Assembly: GCA_038247415.1 (NCBI GenBank)
Contig: JBBRUX010000012.1
Coordinates: 22,339 to 86,338 of the forward strand
Origin: Chitinivibrionales bacterium
GTDB taxonomy: Bacteria; Fibrobacterota; Chitinivibrionia; Chitinivibrionales; WJKA01
Reading direction: 5' to 3'
Length of the DNA stretch: 64,000 nt
The notes below the pieces were generated by a model, which was given only the letters and a program-made list of their open reading frames with translations, was not told the DNA's origin and did not search any database. Below are positions 59,690 to 64,000 of the stretch, in pieces; positions within the stretch are counted from its first letter, which is position 1; every line of letters begins with the position of its first letter. The translations under genes and the position numbers were made by a program.

Positions 59690-60841
59690 CTATCTGACAA
59701 TAGCCGGCACCATTACGCTACTCGTAACTGTGGCACGTCTACCGTTTGGGAGCAGGTAGCTGCTGTGTGACGAACCGATCTGTATTCCATATTTAAGAGG
59801 ACGTGAGTTGATTGTCTCCTGCTTGATTACCGGAGCGATTTGGGTGCTAGTCGCTTTGCGAATGCGATAGGCTGTAGGTGCGCCATTGGTCGGTTCGTCG
59901 CACAGTCCGAGATATACCAGATCAGTGTCGGATTCCGAAAGCACCATCAAACCCTCGGCCTTGTCGGTTGAGGTTACAAGAGGAACTGTTCCGATTTGTT
60001 CGAGATAGCTTGCGCCATCCCAGTACCAGAGCTTGAATGGTAGGTTGGAATCATAATCATCGGAGGTGAGATATGGTGAGCCGTTCGGTTCCGAGCCTGC
60101 GTTACCAGCAATAAACAGAAACCCGTTCTGGGTTTTGTCTATGGCCCGAATGCCGTATCCGGCGCCTATGGCAAGAGCCTTTAAGGTATAGGGTTTTGTT
60201 GAGGAGGATGAAAATATGGCATCACCGGCAATTGACACTACATAGGCGTTACCATGTAAGTTAGGACTTCGAAGGCCAATATAAATGATACCAGAACTTG
60301 CAGCCATACCCTCGATATTGAGTCCCTTGCGTTGAAGCGCTACGTCAACATATTGCCCTATCACGGGATCGGCAGCAAAAAGCGATTTAAGAGTGTTCTT
60401 CTGAATAGTTCCGGCAATACCGGTTGAAGCAATAACCGGAAACCGGTAAATCGCATAACGATTTGCGTCAATCGCACCGCTCTTTTTGGCTACTCCATGA
60501 GAACCAGTGATGTAAAACATGTCGCCATCAACAGCCGCATCCTCCAAATCGATTTCGGTGGTACCACCAGAGACCGGGAGTGTGACTGAGTTAGTCCACG
60601 TAACCGTTTTTTGTAGTGCATTCAAATTGCCTAGCTGGCAGAACTGAGTCTCGTCCGAAACGATGACACAGCACCCGGTTGTGGGATTCATATCCATGCC
60701 ACTAACATCGTTAGGCCCAGCAATTGCGTTCCCTGCAAAAGCCCAGTTAGCAACTTTTGTTATACCAGACTGAAAAATCGCCGCACTATTTATTGTTGTC
60801 AAAGATAGTGTAACTGCAGTAATACCAATAAGATAGCGCAT
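59690..60841 (-). CDS. Secreted DUF3616-domain protein with CTD
   Basis: Signal peptide; EIDLE, YITGSH, GLNIEG, GLRSP, GIR, KAEG. Confidence 0.8.
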   Translation of the reverse strand: MRYLIGITAVTLSLTTINSAAIFQSGITKVANWAFAGNAIAGPNDVSGMDMNPTTGCCVIVSDETQFCQLGNLNALQKTVTWTNSVTLPVSGGTTEIDLEDAAVDGDMFYITGSHGVAKKSGAIDANRYAIYRFPVIASTGIAGTIQKNTLKSLFAADPVIGQYVDVALQRKGLNIEGMAASSGIIYIGLRSPNLHGNAYVVSIAGDAIFSSSSTKPYTLKALAIGAGYGIRAIDKTQNGFLFIAGNAGSEPNGSPYLTSDDYDSNLPFKLWYWDGASYLEQIGTVPLVTSTDKAEGLMVLSESDTDLVYLGLCDEPTNGAPTAYRIRKATSTQIAPVIKQETINSRPLKYGIQIGSSHSSYLLPNGRRATVTSSVMVPAIVR

Positions 60842-61005
60842 TCGTGTAACCTCTTCTATCGCAATAAAGTTGGATTCCTAATGTACTTAAAATAGATTAT
60901 AGTACTGACGAAACAGACTTTTTTGGTTGCCTTGTATAGTCAACAGTCCAAGGGCAGTTGCCCTGGAGAGAAAAAGCCTTATTCTGTTCCTTGTCGTAGT
61001 GCTAT

Positions 61006-62355
61006 TTACAAAAAGATAATACACGACCGCTTGTACCCTTCCGTATTAAGACGCACGACATGGGCCCCCGTTGGTAAGCTCGCAGCCAACGAAACGTTCC
61101 CGTGTGCAGTGCCGATGTGCCGGTAGACCTCCCGTCCATTGGGGGTGTAGATCTGTATTGCATAAGGTCCTTGCGACGAGAACTGTATAAACGCGCCACG
61201 GGAAATCGCCCGCACAGCCAACTGGGCCGAAGCATTAACTTGTGCGCTTTCCTTTTGAGAAATAGTTACGATGGGCTCCGTGCAGTTACCGCTCGGGCAC
61301 CAGCGATACATAATGACCTTCGCATTGGCATCATCTTCGACGAAGATCACATACTCACCATTGGCCCGTTTGAATGCGCGCACGCCATAGGGAATATCGA
61401 TCCATCCGTGCCATGAGCCAACCTCTAGTCCAGGTGTGATGGTCGCCATAGAATCGCCCGTAGCGACATTGTAAACAATCACCCTGCACGACTTGACGCC
61501 CGCTACGAACAGATATTCGCCGCAAACGGACATTGAGGCGGCGTCGGGCCATTCATCCGACATCAGAGGCATTACAATCCGCCAACGTGGCGTACGGTTG
61601 CCACGTGACCAGCTATCATAGCGCACAACCTCAGACCCCAGGCTTCCCGCGGCATCGCTTCGTGAGGGGTTGTCGGTTGTGAATCCTGTCAAGTACATGA
61701 CATCAGTTGACGGGTAATACTCGATCTTGTGAGGATCGGTAAAAATTGCGGGTGCAGGCATTGTAACTTTAGTTGCGTTAGAGTACTGGGGGACTCCTTG
61801 CGCAGAGAGTCCAAGAAGGGGATATTTGATGATGGCTATGTCTGGCGTAGTCCTGCGAACAACTTTCCATACGTTCCCAATGCTATCCACCCACCAGCCA
61901 CCGCGGTACGGGTAATCATTGGTGGCCTCAAGCTCCGTGGCATCAAAGTCACCGTTTCCGTTCTTATCAACCCAAAGCCAGTCATTACCCGCGGGTTGAT
62001 AGGGTGGCCAGGATCCATCGTAGTGCTCCGAGAACGCTGCGCAGGGAATTGCCGTCTCGCCGTCGGTTGACGGGGAGAAACGATAGAACTGCAAGAGGCT
62101 CGTGTACATATCGGTGAGGATGAGAAATCGTTGACCGTTGATTCTGCGCACCCAGGCGCCGTCGGAGGAAGTATGATAGCGCGGGTCGTTGGGATACTTG
62201 AAGCGGTTGAGCGTGCAGCCGGTATACTGCCATTCGGTTCCGGCAGTCTTCTTTGAGTAGTCCAGCGTGAAATGTTCTTGCTTTGTGTATGCATCGGTCT
62301 CGGAGGCAGGATCCAGAGACGCATTGTCAACAAACTCCAATCCGTGAAGAACCCA
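61006..62355 (-). pseudogene. C-terminal part of a large secreted beta-propeller-like protein with CTD
   Basis: No signal peptide; begins abruptly at the junction with the upstream ORF; WIDIPYG, EDD..AK, CTD IYTPNGREV. Confidence 0.6.
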
Positions 62356-63856
62356 GTTGCGCGCGTTCATCCGCAGGCATTTTGTCGAGGTTTACTGTCA
62401 CGAATCCGGTTGGTTTGTTTTCCGGATGCGCCCCAAAGCCGCCGATATCAGCGTCGCTGAGGAAATACCCTGCTCCAAACACCCCGTTCTCGTACTTGCG
62501 GATGATTTCGGAGAAGTTCCAGATTGCCCCTGTCTTTTCGTAAGAATCGGCGATTCCCTTAGAAAAGTAAACTGCCAGACCAAAGGGCCGAGCCGGAACA
62601 ATAGCGTGTATCATTTCCCAGATGTCGGTGGGGATGATTCCGGCGTTGCCATATTGTGGCATGTAGGTCTGGACCATTCTGCGCACTGTGCCATCGGTGT
62701 TGGCCATGTGGCCCCATCCGGGAACTAGGTAGTGGCCTTTTAAATACTTGTACAAAACGGTGTTGCGTTGTGCATCAGTTGTCAGGCAGGAAAATGAACG
62801 CTTGAATGACTCCTCAAACGGATTGTCGCCGGCAATCGGTAACGTCCAGGTCGACACCGGCCATGTATAAGGTGCGGCCGTCTGCAAACCTACCCAGATG
62901 TCCGGGGCCTGCGCGGCAAACGATCCTAGATATGTGAGCGCCGAGCCATGACGCCAAGGGCTACGGCAGCAGGCGTCGCCTTGCACCTCAACAATGCGCA
63001 GGAATGTCCCGCCATTTTCTTTGATGCGTTGATTGATAAGGCGAATATCGCGGCCCAGAATGCGATTTGTGGGCGCGTCATAGGTTCCCTGCATGCCGAC
63101 GAACCCAGTATGTCCAGTGGTTACCTTGATCTGCTTGCACAATCGCCCATAGAAAGTAGCGTATCCATCGCAGATATACTCATTCCATTTTTCAGGACAG
63201 TTGGCAAGAATGTAGCCGGCGCGGGCGCTTGTTGTGGAGCCGGGGACGGTGATACCTGAATACTTCTGAAAGTCGTTGATGCTGCGGTCGCTGAAATCGA
63301 CATTCTTTGTGTCACTGTGCGGAATGCAGTCGAAAAAATCCGCCGCGAAAATTCCGGTGATTCCTATCTTCCCAAATAGCCCGCCCAGCCTCTGTGCCTC
63401 CCAGTCGTAAAAGTGGGCATTTTGAACACCCGCCGGCCAATCTGCCGAATCCAGTGGGGTTGACGGAAGAATGACATCTGCACATTCCCCAAAAGGCTTG
63501 TAAAGTGACCCGTCTCTTTGGCGGGCGAGGTATTGTTGACGAGATGCAATCCACTCGGTATAGCCGGAATCCCTCCCGCAGCCCTCGCCTCCCCAGCGTA
63601 CCATTCCCGCGATTGGCTGCAATCCCTGCGCAATCTTTTCCTCGCAGCAAGCTTTATTCTCGGCCTGTTTCGAGGCGTTGCTGAGAATGGGGTTGCGCTC
63701 CCAAAAGAAATACTGTAGAGAGCTAAAATTTCCGCCGCAATCCCCAGAAAGGAAGTCAGACGTTCTAGGGGGATTGTCTGGATTGGGGTTCAGGGCAAAA
63801 CAGATCGCAGCACTGCATAGAACAGCAATCGTGGCCTTGTGGGCGCAATTTTTCAT
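62327..63856 (-). CDS. Secreted hypothetical, possibly glycoside-hydrolase-like; 3' end probably truncated
   Basis: AAGGAG RBS, signal peptide, 509 aa; no CTD; tail overlaps the next ORF in another frame. Confidence 0.6.
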   Translation of the reverse strand: MKNCAHKATIAVLCSAAICFALNPNPDNPPRTSDFLSGDCGGNFSSLQYFFWERNPILSNASKQAENKACCEEKIAQGLQPIAGMVRWGGEGCGRDSGYTEWIASRQQYLARQRDGSLYKPFGECADVILPSTPLDSADWPAGVQNAHFYDWEAQRLGGLFGKIGITGIFAADFFDCIPHSDTKNVDFSDRSINDFQKYSGITVPGSTTSARAGYILANCPEKWNEYICDGYATFYGRLCKQIKVTTGHTGFVGMQGTYDAPTNRILGRDIRLINQRIKENGGTFLRIVEVQGDACCRSPWRHGSALTYLGSFAAQAPDIWVGLQTAAPYTWPVSTWTLPIAGDNPFEESFKRSFSCLTTDAQRNTVLYKYLKGHYLVPGWGHMANTDGTVRRMVQTYMPQYGNAGIIPTDIWEMIHAIVPARPFGLAVYFSKGIADSYEKTGAIWNFSEIIRKYENGVFGAGYFLSDADIGGFGAHPENKPTGFVTVNLDKMPADERAQLGSSRIGVC

Positions 63857-64000
63857 TTTAAACTCCTTTAATTAATGTATTCTAGCAGCAGGCTTTGAGC
63901 CCATAGCGACTACCGGAAGGTGCTCATTGTTACCTGCCCATCCCGAAACCCAAGCAAATTCTTTAGGGTGGAGGATGTTAGCGTCATGAGGTTTCTTTAA

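Noticed and set aside
63888..63937. Two-stem fold upstream of the 63856 gene, possible riboswitch
   Set aside because: Stems are only 5 bp, I recognise no riboswitch consensus, and it lies in an open minus-strand frame entering from the window edge.
1..64000. CRISPR array, DGR, tRNA/rRNA, IS or prophage
   Set aside because: No periodic repeats, reverse transcriptase, adenine-specific repeat pair, transposase, integrase or phage genes recognised. The 42692/50205 mismatches are not adenine-biased.

Overview
The window has two halves. 1-23.7 kb is intact chromosomal backbone: a partial MlaD/MCE gene, fliD-fliS-fliT-like, lysC-ROK kinase-ppx-ppk1, a short sigma-70 factor convergent with flgM, pilT-pilC, M16 peptidase-folK-deoxynucleoside kinase-panC-GH13, a YfhO-like membrane protein and a GT4. 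From about 23.8 kb to the end is an accessory mosaic. Intact genes (Ig-repeat lipoprotein, metallophosphoesterase, CbpA/GrpE, two L,D-transpeptidases, GH29 fucosidase, ResB/CcsA, DUF3616) alternate with about 20 truncated, internally deleted or fused relics of CAZymes, GntR/LacI regulators, toxin-antitoxin genes, a retropepsin, GH4 and AraC. The most interesting intact unit (42.8-50.6 kb) is a GntR-associated corrinoid methyl-transfer cluster: three UroD/MtaA-superfamily proteins, an internally deleted MtaB, and a split methionine synthase (corrinoid protein, activation domain, homocysteine methyltransferase) with no folate-binding module. It is preceded by a duplicated (TGTGA)3/sigma-70 promoter. 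Flagella, type IV pili, many secreted proteins with a T9SS-like C-terminal domain and expanded GntR/LacI regulators suggest a Fibrobacterota (Chitinivibrionia-like) host; this is inference only. No rRNA, tRNA, CRISPR array, integrase or transposase was recognised. All family calls come from motif recognition by eye, not database searches.
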